Part shown: positions 10,022 through 20,935 of the stretch, in pieces
How positions within the stretch are numbered: position 1 is the first letter of the stretch
Layout of the letters: every line of letters begins with the position of its first letter
Sequence record: SRR31156797_1505
Strand: one strand, 5' to 3'
DNA length: 53,855 nt
Notes under the pieces: model-generated
What the model saw: the letters and a program-made list of their open reading frames with translations, nothing else
Told to the model about the DNA's origin: nothing
The model's database searches: none
Program-made: the position numbers and the translations under genes

Positions 10022-10825
10022 ATGATAGGGCACTTTACAAATTTTTTGACGGACTTATATAAGAGCAGAAAGCTGCTTATGAAGATGACAGTCAGCGATT
10101 TCAAATCGAAGTATCTGGGCTCTTATCTTGGGCTTTTGTGGGCGTTTATACAGCCGTCATTCACAATCCTTATTTTCTGGTTCGTATTTCAGGTTGGTTT
10201 TAAGGCGAAACCTGTGGGTGATTTCCCTTTTGTTCTCTGGCTTATCACAGGCATTCTGCCGTGGTTCTTCTTTTCTGAGGCTTTTGCAAATGCTACTTTT
10301 GTAGTTCGTGAATATAGCTATCTTGTGAGCAAGGTAGTTTTCAGGGTGAGCTTGCTCCCTATTATTAAGATACTTGCAGCACTCTTTATACATTTGTTTT
10401 TTATCATTGTTATTTTTGCTCTTTTTATTGTGTATGGTGAGGAGATCACTATTCACAGTATCCAGGTTGTATATTACCTATTCGCTATGGTTGTGCTCCT
10501 GCTTGGCATCTCATGGATAACCTCTGCGCTTAATGTCTTTCTTAAGGATGTTGGGCAGGTTGTGCAGATGACTTTGCAGTTCGGTTTTTGGGGTACACCA
10601 ATATTCTGGTCGATAAATATGATTCCACCTAAATACCATTGGGTGATAAAGCTTAACCCTGTATTTTATATAACTGAAGGGTATCGTGAAGCTTTTATAT
10701 ATAAGGTGTGGTTCTGGGAGCATATGCAGCACACGCTTTATTTTTGGTTTGTTTCACTCACTCTTTTTGTGGTTGGTGCAGTGGTTTTCCGTAAGCTTCG
10801 CCCACAATTTGCGGATGTGCTGTAA
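10022..10825 (+). CDS. wzm: Polysaccharide ABC exporter permease
   Basis: DFKSKYLGSYLGLLW, GILPWFFF, TPIFW, KLNP; about six hydrophobic segments; ends FADVL. Confidence 0.93.
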   Translation: MIGHFTNFLTDLYKSRKLLMKMTVSDFKSKYLGSYLGLLWAFIQPSFTILIFWFVFQVGFKAKPVGDFPFVLWLITGILPWFFFSEAFANATFVVREYSYLVSKVVFRVSLLPIIKILAALFIHLFFIIVIFALFIVYGEEITIHSIQVVYYLFAMVVLLLGISWITSALNVFLKDVGQVVQMTLQFGFWGTPIFWSINMIPPKYHWVIKLNPVFYITEGYREAFIYKVWFWEHMQHTLYFWFVSLTLFVVGAVVFRKLRPQFADVL

Positions 10826-12090
10826 TGGAAAAGTTAGCTATATCTATTAATAGTATATCAAAGGTGTATAATCTTTATAATAATCCCGCTGACAGGGTGA
10901 AAGAGGTCTTTAATCCGTTAAGAAAGAAGTATCACAAAGAGTATTATGCACTAAATAATATTTCACTGAACATCCGTAAGGGTGAATCTGTCGGGATCAT
11001 AGGGAAAAACGGAGCAGGGAAATCAACACTGCTTAAGATAATCACGGGCGTGCTGACACAATCTTCCGGAGATGTTGTGGTTGATGGAAGAATTTCGTCG
11101 CTCCTTGAGCTTGGTACAGGATTTAATCCTGAGATGACAGGTATCGAAAACATCTACCTTAATGGAACGATTATGGGTTTCAGCAAGGAAGATGTAGATG
11201 AGAAACTTAATGAAATCATTGCTTTTGCTGATATAGGCGATTTCATTCATCAGCCTGTTAGGCTTTACTCGAGTGGTATGTTCGCAAGGCTTGCATTTAG
11301 CGTAGCTATCAGTGTAGATCCTGACATACTTATCGTTGATGAGGCTCTCTCTGTTGGTGATGTCCGGTTTCAGCAGAAATGTTATAGAAAATTCCGCACC
11401 TTTCAGGACGCAGGGAAAACCATCCTTTTTGTTACTCACGATACAAATACAATCATAAACTATTGTACTTATGCTATATGGCTGAGTGATGGTCAAATGG
11501 TTGATCAGGGTGAACCTGAGGCTGTGTGCAAAAGATATATGGCAGCTATGGCTTACGATCAAAAAACTGAAATAAGCGACACTGCTGCTAAAGAAGAGGT
11601 CATGAGTGACAGCTTTGAGTGGTTGGCTACGGACGGCTTTGAGTCTTTTGGTGAAAAAGGTGCAGTTATTACAGGGATAGCTATGGTTGATGAAAATGGT
11701 AACCACATCGATACTTTTAAGGGGGGCGAAACAGCCACAGTAAAAGTTAAAATGTATGCTAATGAATCACTTAGAGATCTTATCGCTGGATTTGTTGTAC
11801 TAGATAATTTAGGCAATAATATATTTGGCTCCAATACGCAGATTCATAACTACGGTCCTGTCCATTTTGAGGCTGGTAAGGAGTATGTGGTTAACTATAC
11901 ATTTGAAATGCCAAAGCTCAGAAACGGGCAGTTTACTATTTCGCCTGCTCTGGCTGAGGGTGCACAGGGTGAGCACATTCAGCATCACTGGGTGCATAAT
12001 GCACTCATTTTCAGTATTCAGACGAATGAAGCATCTGCGAATGCCGGGCTTTTGATAAGAGATATAAATTCAAAGATAAAGGTTGATTAA
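10825..12090 (+). CDS. wzt: Polysaccharide ABC exporter ATPase with C-terminal Wzt_C-like domain
   Basis: GKNGAGKST, YSSGM signature, IVDEALSVGD, plus ~160-aa beta-rich C-terminal extension. Confidence 0.94.
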   Translation: MEKLAISINSISKVYNLYNNPADRVKEVFNPLRKKYHKEYYALNNISLNIRKGESVGIIGKNGAGKSTLLKIITGVLTQSSGDVVVDGRISSLLELGTGFNPEMTGIENIYLNGTIMGFSKEDVDEKLNEIIAFADIGDFIHQPVRLYSSGMFARLAFSVAISVDPDILIVDEALSVGDVRFQQKCYRKFRTFQDAGKTILFVTHDTNTIINYCTYAIWLSDGQMVDQGEPEAVCKRYMAAMAYDQKTEISDTAAKEEVMSDSFEWLATDGFESFGEKGAVITGIAMVDENGNHIDTFKGGETATVKVKMYANESLRDLIAGFVVLDNLGNNIFGSNTQIHNYGPVHFEAGKEYVVNYTFEMPKLRNGQFTISPALAEGAQGEHIQHHWVHNALIFSIQTNEASANAGLLIRDINSKIKVD

Positions 12091-12776
12091 TGAACGATGT
12101 AATTAATAGTTGTATCATATGTGGCGGTGTAAAGCTTAAACATCTTGACGTACTTTCGCAGGAGCTTATTGACGACTGGAATCTTAATGATGATGAAGTA
12201 GCATACACGAACCTTCAGCAGGGGTTTCACTGTGAGGACTGTAAGTGCAACCTGAGGGTTATGACGATGGCGGCTCAGATGCTGGAATTTTATGGGAGTA
12301 AAAAGACGTTTATTAAATTTGTCAAAGGCTTTAAGAAGAGCATTCTTGAGATAAACCAGGCGGGTATGATTTCTTCATTCCTGTCTAAAGCGAAAAACCA
12401 TACTCTCAAAGAGTATCCTGATATAGATATAGAAAACATAAGCTATCCTGGTGAGAGCTTTGATGTGATCATTCACTCTGATACCCTTGAACATATCCCT
12501 GATTCTGTAAGAGGACTTAAGGAGTGTAGGCGTGTACTTAAAACAGGTGGAGTGATGTTTTTCACAATACCTATCATTCACGAGAGGCTGACTATTAAAC
12601 GTGATGGGATGAAACAATCTTACCATGGACTCTACTCTGAAATGCGTGACGACCTAACAGTTGTCACTGAATATGGCGCAGATTTTTACATGGAGCTTCT
12701 TTCGGCAGGTTTCAAAGATATAAGACTTTTTACAATGCATGATAAATCATCCGTTTCTATTGCAGCGGTAAAATAG
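12090..12776 (+). CDS. Class I SAM-dependent methyltransferase-like protein with two CxxC motifs
   Basis: CIICG and CEDCKC; ESFDVIIHSDTLEHIPD...ECRRVLKTGG. Confidence 0.8.
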   Translation: MNDVINSCIICGGVKLKHLDVLSQELIDDWNLNDDEVAYTNLQQGFHCEDCKCNLRVMTMAAQMLEFYGSKKTFIKFVKGFKKSILEINQAGMISSFLSKAKNHTLKEYPDIDIENISYPGESFDVIIHSDTLEHIPDSVRGLKECRRVLKTGGVMFFTIPIIHERLTIKRDGMKQSYHGLYSEMRDDLTVVTEYGADFYMELLSAGFKDIRLFTMHDKSSVSIAAVK

Positions 12777-12786
12777 GAGTTATGTT

Positions 12787-13824
12787 ATGGCGCATATAGA
12801 ACAGCAAATATTTTGTAATAGCGTGAGAAGGAAATTTCCTGATCATTTCCGTGAAGTTTTTGCTATGGACATCGGCTCTCTGGATATTAATGGTAACAAC
12901 CGTGTTTATTTTAAAGAGTCAATGTTTATTGGTGTTGATATAGCAGTAGGGAAGAATGTCGACATTGTTTCCAAAGGTCATGAGATAAATCTGCCTGATG
13001 AAACACTCGATACTGTCATTTCGACAGAGTGTTTTGAGCATGATCAGTATTATGCGAAAACTCTTATAAATATAGTCAGAATGATTAAGCCGGGCGGTAT
13101 GTTTATATTTACATGTGCTACGACGGGGCGACCTGAGCATGGCACAAGACGTACAACACCAGAGGATGCTCCGCTCCTTATGGGTGATGTGGAGTGGTCA
13201 GATTATTACAAGAACCTCACTGAAGAGGACATTAAAGAAGTTATTGATGTTGATAATGTTTTTGCGGAGTATGAGTTTTCAGTAAATAACGAATCCTACG
13301 ACCTGTACTTCTGGGGAATTAAAAAGGGAGATTGGGATAGGCGTTCTGATTACTCCTTTCAGATACCACAGGTGGGCAAGCATCCGTTTATATGCAAGTT
13401 GAGTGTGGATACGCCTGACGGAACAGAGGTTATCAGCAAGACTCTCGATGCCAACTATGAGGTTTACGACCTTACATTTGATTTCGTTGGTGCTAGCAAT
13501 ATCTCAGCTATTAGGCTTGAACCGATGGATGACAGATGCGTTATCGTTATTGATAACCTTAAAGGTGTGATTAAGGGCGGCGAGTTTGTGGAGCTAAAGG
13601 TGGAAAACCATAACGCTTGTGTGAACTTTGAAACAGCTTACTTCTTTCACAGCTTTAAGCCGCAGATTGAGATTGCGGTTCCTAAAGGTGACGTCATACA
13701 AGTTGTTTGTAATATTAAATATATACACACAGGAGAGGATGCTTTAAATGTTTGCGTTGAAAGGCTTATAGAAGATAAAGAAATTCTTCTGCGTTTGCAA
13801 AATGATCAGGCGGAGCAGGGGTAA
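12787..13824 (+). CDS. SAM-dependent methyltransferase with uncharacterised C-terminal domain
   Basis: MDIGSLDING, DTVISTECFEHD, MIKPGG, GRPEHGTRRT. Confidence 0.8.
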   Translation: MAHIEQQIFCNSVRRKFPDHFREVFAMDIGSLDINGNNRVYFKESMFIGVDIAVGKNVDIVSKGHEINLPDETLDTVISTECFEHDQYYAKTLINIVRMIKPGGMFIFTCATTGRPEHGTRRTTPEDAPLLMGDVEWSDYYKNLTEEDIKEVIDVDNVFAEYEFSVNNESYDLYFWGIKKGDWDRRSDYSFQIPQVGKHPFICKLSVDTPDGTEVISKTLDANYEVYDLTFDFVGASNISAIRLEPMDDRCVIVIDNLKGVIKGGEFVELKVENHNACVNFETAYFFHSFKPQIEIAVPKGDVIQVVCNIKYIHTGEDALNVCVERLIEDKEILLRLQNDQAEQG

Positions 13825-13878
13825 TAAATACACAATTGCTATAGTTAGATTTTTTAGATTATATCAGAGGTTTTTTAT

Positions 13879-16011
13879 ATGATTGTTTTACGTGTAATTC
13901 GTATGTTTAAAAAGGTTTTACTGGGGGTAAAGCTTTTGAAAAGCAGACCGACTTGGTTCAAAATTGTTTTAAATGAAATACGTTCAAAAGGGCTGAAAAG
14001 TACAATACACAAGGTTCGCGAGAAACTTTATGTTTACTCACAGGGTGAGACAGTTAAGCAGCTTGTTATAGATAAATTTACAGGCGAAAAGATGATTTTT
14101 GAAAAGTATGAAAAGCCTATGGTTTCCATCGTTATCCCTGTTTATAACCAGATACACATGACTCTCGATTGTCTTTATACTATCAAGAAATATATTAATG
14201 ACGTTACATACGAGATTATTATCGGTGACGATAACTCTAGTGACGAAACAGTTGAAATCCATAAATATGCAGAGAATATCAAAGTTGTTCGTGACGGAGA
14301 GAACAGAGGCTTTCTGTTAAATTGCAACAACTCAGCTAAGCATGCTGAAGGGAAATATCTCATTTTTCTTAATAATGACACACAGGTTAAGGAAGGGTGG
14401 CTTTCATCTCTCGTTAGCTTAATAGAGAATGACGACTCTATCGGTATGGTAGGCTCTAAGCTTGTCTATCCTGACGGAAGGCTTCAGGAAGCTGGTGGTA
14501 TCATATGGAATGATGCTTCCGGCTGGAATTTTGGTAGGCTTGGCTCGCCAGATGAACCAGAGTATAACTATGTGAAAGAAGTAGATTACATCTCTGGTGC
14601 GAGTATTCTCCTTAGTCGTGAGCTTTGGGAAGAGATAGGTGGTTTTGATGAGCGCTATGCTCCAGCTTACTACGAAGATTCTGACCTTGCCTTTGAAGTT
14701 CGAAAGCGTGGACTTAAGGTTGTTTACCAGCCGAAAAGCATGGTTATCCACTTCGAGGGTATATCTCACGGAACTGATACAGGTCAGGGGATGAAGAGAT
14801 ACCAGGTATTAAACCTTGAGAAATTCAGAGAGAAGTGGACGGTTGAGCTTAAGCGTGACCATTTCCCTAATGCAGAAAATGTTTTCCTCGCCCGTGACAG
14901 AAGTAGAGATAAAAAGCATATATTAGTCATAGACCATTATGTTCCACATTTTGATCAGGATGCGGGCAGCAGAACCATGTGGCAGTACCTAGAGCTTTTT
15001 GCCGATATGGGTTATCAGGTTACTTTTACTGGGGATAACTTCTATCCGCATGAACCGTATACGTCAAGACTTCAGGCTATGGGTGTTGAGGTTCTTTACG
15101 GTGCAAAATATCAGACAGAGTTCAAGCAGTGGTTTGATGGCGTGAAAGAACACCTTGATTTCGTATATTTGCTTAGACCGCATATTGCAGTTAATTATAT
15201 AGACATGATAAAAGAGTCTGGTGTTCCTGTGGCTTATAATGGTACTGATATGCACTACCTCAGGCTTCAGCGTGAGTACGATCTTTCAGAAGAGAAGAGC
15301 AAAGGACTTCTTAAAAAGATTGAACAGACAAAAGATATGGAACTAAGCATTTATGGTAAATCTGATGTACTTATAACCATTAGTGAGTATGAGAAGGAAG
15401 TCCTACAGGGACTTTTCCCTGATAAGAAAGTAATAGTAAAACCTACATATATATTTAAAGAAAAATTTCCTATCAGTTCAAAAGGATATGACGACCGTAA
15501 AGGGATACTTTTTGTGGGTAGTTTTAGGCATGATCCTAATATTGATGGTGTTGTGTGGTTTATAAATGACATTCTGCCAAAGATAGGTAAGTCTCATGAC
15601 ATTACGTTATATATTGCAGGTTCCGGAGCGCCTGAAAGCCTTTACCAGATGGAGGATCAGGGTGTGGTATGCAAAGGGTTTGTGAGTGATGAAGAGCTAG
15701 AGAACCTTTATAATGATTGCCGTGTGGTGGTAGCGCCGCTCAGGTTTGGTGCTGGCGTGAAAGGGAAAATTATTGAGTCAATAGCTTACGGTGTGCCTAT
15801 TGTGACCACGCCTGTTGGTCAGGAGGGTATTCCGGATAGCAACGAAACAATGTGCACGGCTGAGGATGATGCTCAGTTTGCAGAGATGCTGAGAGACATT
15901 TATCTGAACAAAGATAAGTGGGAGAAGATGCGTGCAGATCAGGTAAAATATGCGAAAGAGCATTTCTCCATTGAGCATGCTAAAAATGTTGTTGAGGATA
16001 TGTTTTCATGA
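13879..16011 (+). CDS. Two-domain glycosyltransferase (GT2 plus GT4-like), probable polymerase
   Basis: VSIVIPVYN, FLNND, GFDERYAPAYYED (GT2); FVGSFRHDPNIDG, PLRFGAGVKGKIIES (GT4-like). True start may be ATG 13903. Confidence 0.9.
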   Translation: MIVLRVIRMFKKVLLGVKLLKSRPTWFKIVLNEIRSKGLKSTIHKVREKLYVYSQGETVKQLVIDKFTGEKMIFEKYEKPMVSIVIPVYNQIHMTLDCLYTIKKYINDVTYEIIIGDDNSSDETVEIHKYAENIKVVRDGENRGFLLNCNNSAKHAEGKYLIFLNNDTQVKEGWLSSLVSLIENDDSIGMVGSKLVYPDGRLQEAGGIIWNDASGWNFGRLGSPDEPEYNYVKEVDYISGASILLSRELWEEIGGFDERYAPAYYEDSDLAFEVRKRGLKVVYQPKSMVIHFEGISHGTDTGQGMKRYQVLNLEKFREKWTVELKRDHFPNAENVFLARDRSRDKKHILVIDHYVPHFDQDAGSRTMWQYLELFADMGYQVTFTGDNFYPHEPYTSRLQAMGVEVLYGAKYQTEFKQWFDGVKEHLDFVYLLRPHIAVNYIDMIKESGVPVAYNGTDMHYLRLQREYDLSEEKSKGLLKKIEQTKDMELSIYGKSDVLITISEYEKEVLQGLFPDKKVIVKPTYIFKEKFPISSKGYDDRKGILFVGSFRHDPNIDGVVWFINDILPKIGKSHDITLYIAGSGAPESLYQMEDQGVVCKGFVSDEELENLYNDCRVVVAPLRFGAGVKGKIIESIAYGVPIVTTPVGQEGIPDSNETMCTAEDDAQFAEMLRDIYLNKDKWEKMRADQVKYAKEHFSIEHAKNVVEDMFS

Positions 16012-16850
16012 AAAAAATATTAGTCGGGAAAAACGGATACATAGCAACGAGATTTCTTAATAAATGCAGTGATGTCATTTGTACATCGTCTACTGACGAG
16101 AAAGCCTTGAAGCTTGATCTGGAAAAGCCAGAGCAGTTTGACTACTCAGTGGTGGACGCTGACACAATGGTGATTCTTATGGCCGCTATCTCTGCCCCTG
16201 ATGTTTGCAGGGACAGACCAGAATTTGCATATAGCGTAAATGTAACTGGAACAGGTAAGTTCATCGAAGGGTGTTTGGCTAAGGGAGCTAAGGTACTCTT
16301 CTTCTCCAGTGACACTGTTTACGGTGATACAGGGGGAGTTGAGGCAGACGAGAATGCACGGCTTAAGCCTTCCGGTGTATACGCCGAGATGAAGGCAGAG
16401 ATAGAGAATAAGTACGCTGATGAGAAGAATTTCAAAAGCTTTCGCCTGTCATACGTTTTTTCAAAGAATGACGGTTTTTCAAAATTCCTCAAATCATGTG
16501 TAGATTCAGGTGAAGTTGTGGATATTTTTGATCCCTTCGACAGGAGTGTTGTCTATATTGAAGATGTTGTGGACGCTGTACTCGCACTCGATGAGAAGTG
16601 GGGCAGTGTTAAGGCTGGCTTAGTGAACCTTTGCGGACCAAAAGTTTTGTCGAGGGTAGAATATGCTGAGATTTTCAGTGAGTACTTTGATGGAAAGCTT
16701 AATTTTGAAGTGGTAAATCCACCAGAAAGCTTTTTTAAGGCGAGACCTAAAGTGATAAATATGGTATCTAAAGAGCTTGAGGGGTTGCTTGGCAGACCTC
16801 AGACAAGTTTAAAAGATGCTGTTAAAATAGAATTTGCAGGAGATAAATGA
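16008..16850 (+). CDS. NAD(P)-dependent sugar-nucleotide reductase (WcbJ/DmhB-like GDP-4-keto-6-deoxyheptose reductase candidate)
   Basis: GKNGYIA Rossmann motif, FSSDTVY, YAEMK (YxxxK); adjacent to the dehydratase and heptose kinase. Confidence 0.7.
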   Translation: MKKILVGKNGYIATRFLNKCSDVICTSSTDEKALKLDLEKPEQFDYSVVDADTMVILMAAISAPDVCRDRPEFAYSVNVTGTGKFIEGCLAKGAKVLFFSSDTVYGDTGGVEADENARLKPSGVYAEMKAEIENKYADEKNFKSFRLSYVFSKNDGFSKFLKSCVDSGEVVDIFDPFDRSVVYIEDVVDAVLALDEKWGSVKAGLVNLCGPKVLSRVEYAEIFSEYFDGKLNFEVVNPPESFFKARPKVINMVSKELEGLLGRPQTSLKDAVKIEFAGDK

Positions 16851-17866
16851 TGAAGAAAAGAGCGTTAATTACTGGTATTACAGGAATGGTAGGTTCCCAC
16901 CTTGCTGACTTCCTTTTAGAAAATACAGATTGGGATGTTTACGGTCTTTGCAGATGGAGAAGCCCACTTGATAACGTTGGACACCTCCTCGAAAGAGTGA
17001 ATAAGAAGGATAGATTATTCTTCCTTAACGGTGACCTGAATGACTTCGGTTCACTCACTCACGCACTTAAAACATCTAAGCCGGATTATGTTTTCCACCT
17101 TGCAGCTCAGTCTTACCCTAAGACAAGCTTCGACTCACCGGCTGATACACTTAATACTAATATTACAGGTACTAACAACCTGCTAGAAAATATAAGACTT
17201 ATGATGCCTGAGATTGATCCTGTTGTTCACGTTTGTGCTTCATCAGAGGTTTTCGGGCGTGTGCCTAAGGAGAAACTTCCTATTCATGAGGATGTTACTT
17301 TCCACCCAGCGTCACCTTACGCTATTTCAAAAGTTGGTACTGACCTTGTTGGCCGCTATTATGGTGAGGCGTTCGGTATGAAGACAATGACAACAAGGAT
17401 GTTTACACACACAGGTCCTAGACGTGGTGATGTTTTTGCAGAATCCACATTCGCAAAGCAGATCGCTATGATCGAAGCTGGACTCATTCCACCAGTTGTT
17501 AAAACAGGTAACCTCGATTCTCTCCGTACATGGGCTGACGTTCGTGATGCGGTTAGAGCTTACTTCATGCTTGTAACAGTTAATCCTACTGCCGGTGAAT
17601 ACTACAACATCGGTGGAACATATACATGCTCTATTAAGGATATGCTTGCTTTCCTCATCGGTCAGTCCACAGTGAAAGATATCTCTGTAGAGACAGATCC
17701 TGAAAGACTCAGACCGATAGATGCTGACCTTCAGGTTCCTGATACGACTAAGTTTACTAACCACACAGGTTGGAAGCCGGAGATCACTTTTGAGAAAACG
17801 ATGACAGACCTCCTTAACTACTGGAGAGAGAGAATCAAAAAAGGCGATAGGGTTCTTACGAGGTAA
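16847..17866 (+). CDS. GDP-sugar 4,6-dehydratase (DmhA/WcbK-type GDP-manno-heptose dehydratase)
   Basis: [50 protein letters not shown]. Confidence 0.88.
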   Translation: MMKKRALITGITGMVGSHLADFLLENTDWDVYGLCRWRSPLDNVGHLLERVNKKDRLFFLNGDLNDFGSLTHALKTSKPDYVFHLAAQSYPKTSFDSPADTLNTNITGTNNLLENIRLMMPEIDPVVHVCASSEVFGRVPKEKLPIHEDVTFHPASPYAISKVGTDLVGRYYGEAFGMKTMTTRMFTHTGPRRGDVFAESTFAKQIAMIEAGLIPPVVKTGNLDSLRTWADVRDAVRAYFMLVTVNPTAGEYYNIGGTYTCSIKDMLAFLIGQSTVKDISVETDPERLRPIDADLQVPDTTKFTNHTGWKPEITFEKTMTDLLNYWRERIKKGDRVLTR

Positions 17867-17868
17867 TT

Positions 17869-18891
17869 ATGATTATCCGCAGTAAAGCACCACTCAGGCT
17901 CGGGCTAGCAGGGGGCGGAACAGATGTTTCACCTTTCAGCGACACCCACGGAGGCTACGTCCTTAACGCAACAATAGACATGTACGCATATTGCACTATC
18001 AAAGAACTCGACGCAAACAGAGTTAAGTTCATAGCTAGTGACAGAGGCGAAAGCTTTGAGGATGAAGCTAAATCTGAGTTTGAGATTGATGATGTGCTCG
18101 CACTGCATAAAGGTGTTTATAACCGTGTCGTCAAAGACTTTAATGATGGTAAGCCCCTCCCTCTTGAGATGGTGACATACTCTGATGCACCGGCAGGTAG
18201 TGGACTTGGCTCATCATCGACAATGGTTGTGGCAATACTGAAAGCTTATGTTGAGTGGTTAAATCTACCCCTTGGGGAATACGATATCGCACATCTCGCT
18301 TTTAAGATTGAGCGTGTTGATATCGGTCTCGACGGTGGTAAGCAAGACCAGTATGCGGCGACTTTCGGCGGATTTAACTTTATAGAATTTTATGAGAAAG
18401 ACAGGGTTATCGTAAACCCGTTACGCATAAAGAACTGGATTGTGAATGAGCTTGAAGCGTCACTGCTTCTCTTTTTCACAGGGACTTCCAGAGACTCAGC
18501 TAAGATCATCAATGAGCAGAAGAATAGTCTGAAAAATACAAAATCTGAAGATGCGATGCATGAGCTTAAGAATGATGCGACGGTGATGAAAGAGGCTCTG
18601 CTTCGTGGTGATATGGCGAAATTTGCTGAGTATCTTGGCCGCTCTTGGGAAGCGAAGAAGAGGACATCCTCTGCCATATCAAACCCACTGATAGATGAGG
18701 TTTACGATGCGGCGCTTGATGCCGGAGCAGTTTCCGGAAAGGTCTCCGGTGCTGGCGGTGGCGGATTTATGATCTTTTTCGTAGATCCTGCTAAGAGGCT
18801 GGATGTTAAGAGAGCTCTTGAAAGGTTTGACGGCAGTTTCTCACATTTTCATTTCACAGGAAGCGGCACACAAGGCTGGAAGATACAATAA
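17869..18891 (+). CDS. hddA: D-glycero-alpha-D-manno-heptose-7-phosphate kinase (GHMP family)
   Basis: [43 protein letters not shown]. Confidence 0.93.
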   Translation: MIIRSKAPLRLGLAGGGTDVSPFSDTHGGYVLNATIDMYAYCTIKELDANRVKFIASDRGESFEDEAKSEFEIDDVLALHKGVYNRVVKDFNDGKPLPLEMVTYSDAPAGSGLGSSSTMVVAILKAYVEWLNLPLGEYDIAHLAFKIERVDIGLDGGKQDQYAATFGGFNFIEFYEKDRVIVNPLRIKNWIVNELEASLLLFFTGTSRDSAKIINEQKNSLKNTKSEDAMHELKNDATVMKEALLRGDMAKFAEYLGRSWEAKKRTSSAISNPLIDEVYDAALDAGAVSGKVSGAGGGGFMIFFVDPAKRLDVKRALERFDGSFSHFHFTGSGTQGWKIQ

Positions 18892-18903
18892 AGAGGTCTT
18901 AAT

Positions 18904-20931
18904 TTGTACATATCATACATTGACGGCATAAGGGCACTCGCCGTAGTTTCGGTTATCATTTATCACCTGAATCCAGACTGGATGCCGGGGGGCTTTTGTG
19001 GTGTGGACGTGTTTTTTGTAGTGTCAGGTTTTGTTGTGAGCTTGTCACTCGATAAGCATAAAGACCTTAAAATCTATACGTTTTTGTCAATATTTTACTC
19101 CCGGAGGATAAAGAGGATTATCCCTGCGCTGATTTTCTGCCTGCTTGCTACAAGCTTAATCGCAGTCCTTTTCACACCAGAGGGTAATCTCTCTACCGCT
19201 AATGCTAAGACAGCTTTTTTTGCTTTCTTCGGACTTAGTAACATTATACTTGCTACCGGAAACAACGACTATTTCTCCCCTACTACTGAGTACAACCCAT
19301 TTACACATACATGGTCACTCGGTGTGGAGGAACAGTTCTACTTCGCTTTTCCATACCTCTTCTACTTCTGGACGATGACAAGGAAACCGCACTATCGCAA
19401 AATATCTACTGCGCTTTTTATCGTGTTTCTGGCGGCGTCTCTAGGTGCGGCATTTTACTACTCCGCTACTAATAAAGTGTGGGAATATTATATGATCTTT
19501 AGCAGATTCTGGCAGCTTGCTGTTGGTATCCTGCTTTATCAGTTTATAAAATCAGCCTACGAACCTAGGCTTCATAAATATCAGAAGACATTTACAGCAA
19601 TTTCATGGGTGGCTCTTGCCCTTGTGATGATCGGCTTTATCGTGTCAGATGAGAAGAGCTTTCCTATCCCTTGGGCATTTTTTGCTGTGGTTGGGACATT
19701 CGGACTTCTCTTCTCTCTTCACTACCTGAAGGGTGGCTTTGTGATGAAGCTCTTAAGCAGTAAACCTTTCACTTATACAGGTAAGCTCTCTTACTCACTT
19801 TATCTGTGGCACTGGGTTGTAGTGGTTATGTTCCACTGGACGATAGGTCTGCACACACCTGCTCAGTATGTTCTGGCACTGGTTGTGATGATAGTACTGT
19901 CTATCCTCTCATACTATCTGGTGGAGACGTCGTTGAGATTTTCTAAGACAGTTTCAAACGCTCCGAGGATTGCAGTGATAGTGGTGGGGATAGCCCTTAT
20001 CTTTGCCAGTGCGGAGCTGAGTGAGCATATTTTTAAGAACTATTATAACTATACGCTGAGCCAGACTAAAGAGAAGGAAGTCTGGTACCCATACTCATAT
20101 ACACAAAAACTTGACCAAGGTGAGTGCCAGCTGGCTGAAACCTATGATGGCTTTCATGGCGGGCTTAAGCTTGGCATACAGTGTCGGGACGAGGAAGCAA
20201 AGCAGGAGAGGTCGGTTTATGTGCTAGGTGATTCACACGCAGGTGCTTATAACTCGTTGCTCAAGAGATATACAGCAGAGACTGGTGAGCGGACAATCCT
20301 TTATACCCTTGGCGGATGTGGCGACACACTGAATAAACCTTTTAGTGAACATGCCGATCACTGTGAAAATTTCCTTAAGCAGACACTTGCAGATATCGAG
20401 AAGATAGCTAAGCCTAACGATGTTCTGCTGTTATCATCACTCAAGCTGGAGCGTTTTTGCAACCAGTGGGTACTTTACGATGAGGAGCAGGCGAAAGCAA
20501 ATATGGTGAGTGAGGCGAAGGTGAACCTCCGCAAAGCTGCTATTGAAGAGAATGTTAAAGAATTTAAAGGCGTTTCTGAAAAAGGTGTGAGGGTTGTTTT
20601 CGAAGCTCCTAAACCTATTTTTAGATCTCCTGTTTATAGATGTTCAGACTGGTTTAATAAGTCAAACCCTATATGTAGCAGAGGTATAGAGATAGATAAA
20701 GATTATCTGCTTGAGTATCGTAAGCCAGTTATGGATGTAATAGATAATACCATTGCAGGAATCGAAGGCTCTATGATGTACGACCCACTTCCAGTTCTTT
20801 GTCCTGATGAGAAGTGTAGCCCGCTTGATAAAGATGGCAAACCACTCTTCTTCGATGGAGACCATGTGAGTGGTCATGGGAATATGGTGCTCTTTGGTGA
20901 CTTCAAAACATTTGTAAGTGAGATCAGGTAG
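18904..20931 (+). CDS. AT3-SGNH O-acetyltransferase (OafA/OatA-like)
   Basis: IDGIRALAV, GVDVFFVVSG, HTWSLGVEEQFY, SYSLYLWHW; SGNH domain with GDSHA and DGDH. Confidence 0.93.
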   Translation: MYISYIDGIRALAVVSVIIYHLNPDWMPGGFCGVDVFFVVSGFVVSLSLDKHKDLKIYTFLSIFYSRRIKRIIPALIFCLLATSLIAVLFTPEGNLSTANAKTAFFAFFGLSNIILATGNNDYFSPTTEYNPFTHTWSLGVEEQFYFAFPYLFYFWTMTRKPHYRKISTALFIVFLAASLGAAFYYSATNKVWEYYMIFSRFWQLAVGILLYQFIKSAYEPRLHKYQKTFTAISWVALALVMIGFIVSDEKSFPIPWAFFAVVGTFGLLFSLHYLKGGFVMKLLSSKPFTYTGKLSYSLYLWHWVVVVMFHWTIGLHTPAQYVLALVVMIVLSILSYYLVETSLRFSKTVSNAPRIAVIVVGIALIFASAELSEHIFKNYYNYTLSQTKEKEVWYPYSYTQKLDQGECQLAETYDGFHGGLKLGIQCRDEEAKQERSVYVLGDSHAGAYNSLLKRYTAETGERTILYTLGGCGDTLNKPFSEHADHCENFLKQTLADIEKIAKPNDVLLLSSLKLERFCNQWVLYDEEQAKANMVSEAKVNLRKAAIEENVKEFKGVSEKGVRVVFEAPKPIFRSPVYRCSDWFNKSNPICSRGIEIDKDYLLEYRKPVMDVIDNTIAGIEGSMMYDPLPVLCPDEKCSPLDKDGKPLFFDGDHVSGHGNMVLFGDFKTFVSEIR

Positions 20932-20935
20932 ATCA

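Noticed and set aside
13825..13902. Frameshifted single methyltransferase-glycosyltransferase gene
   Set aside because: Both ORFs look complete, and I see no slippery site or continuing homology across the gap
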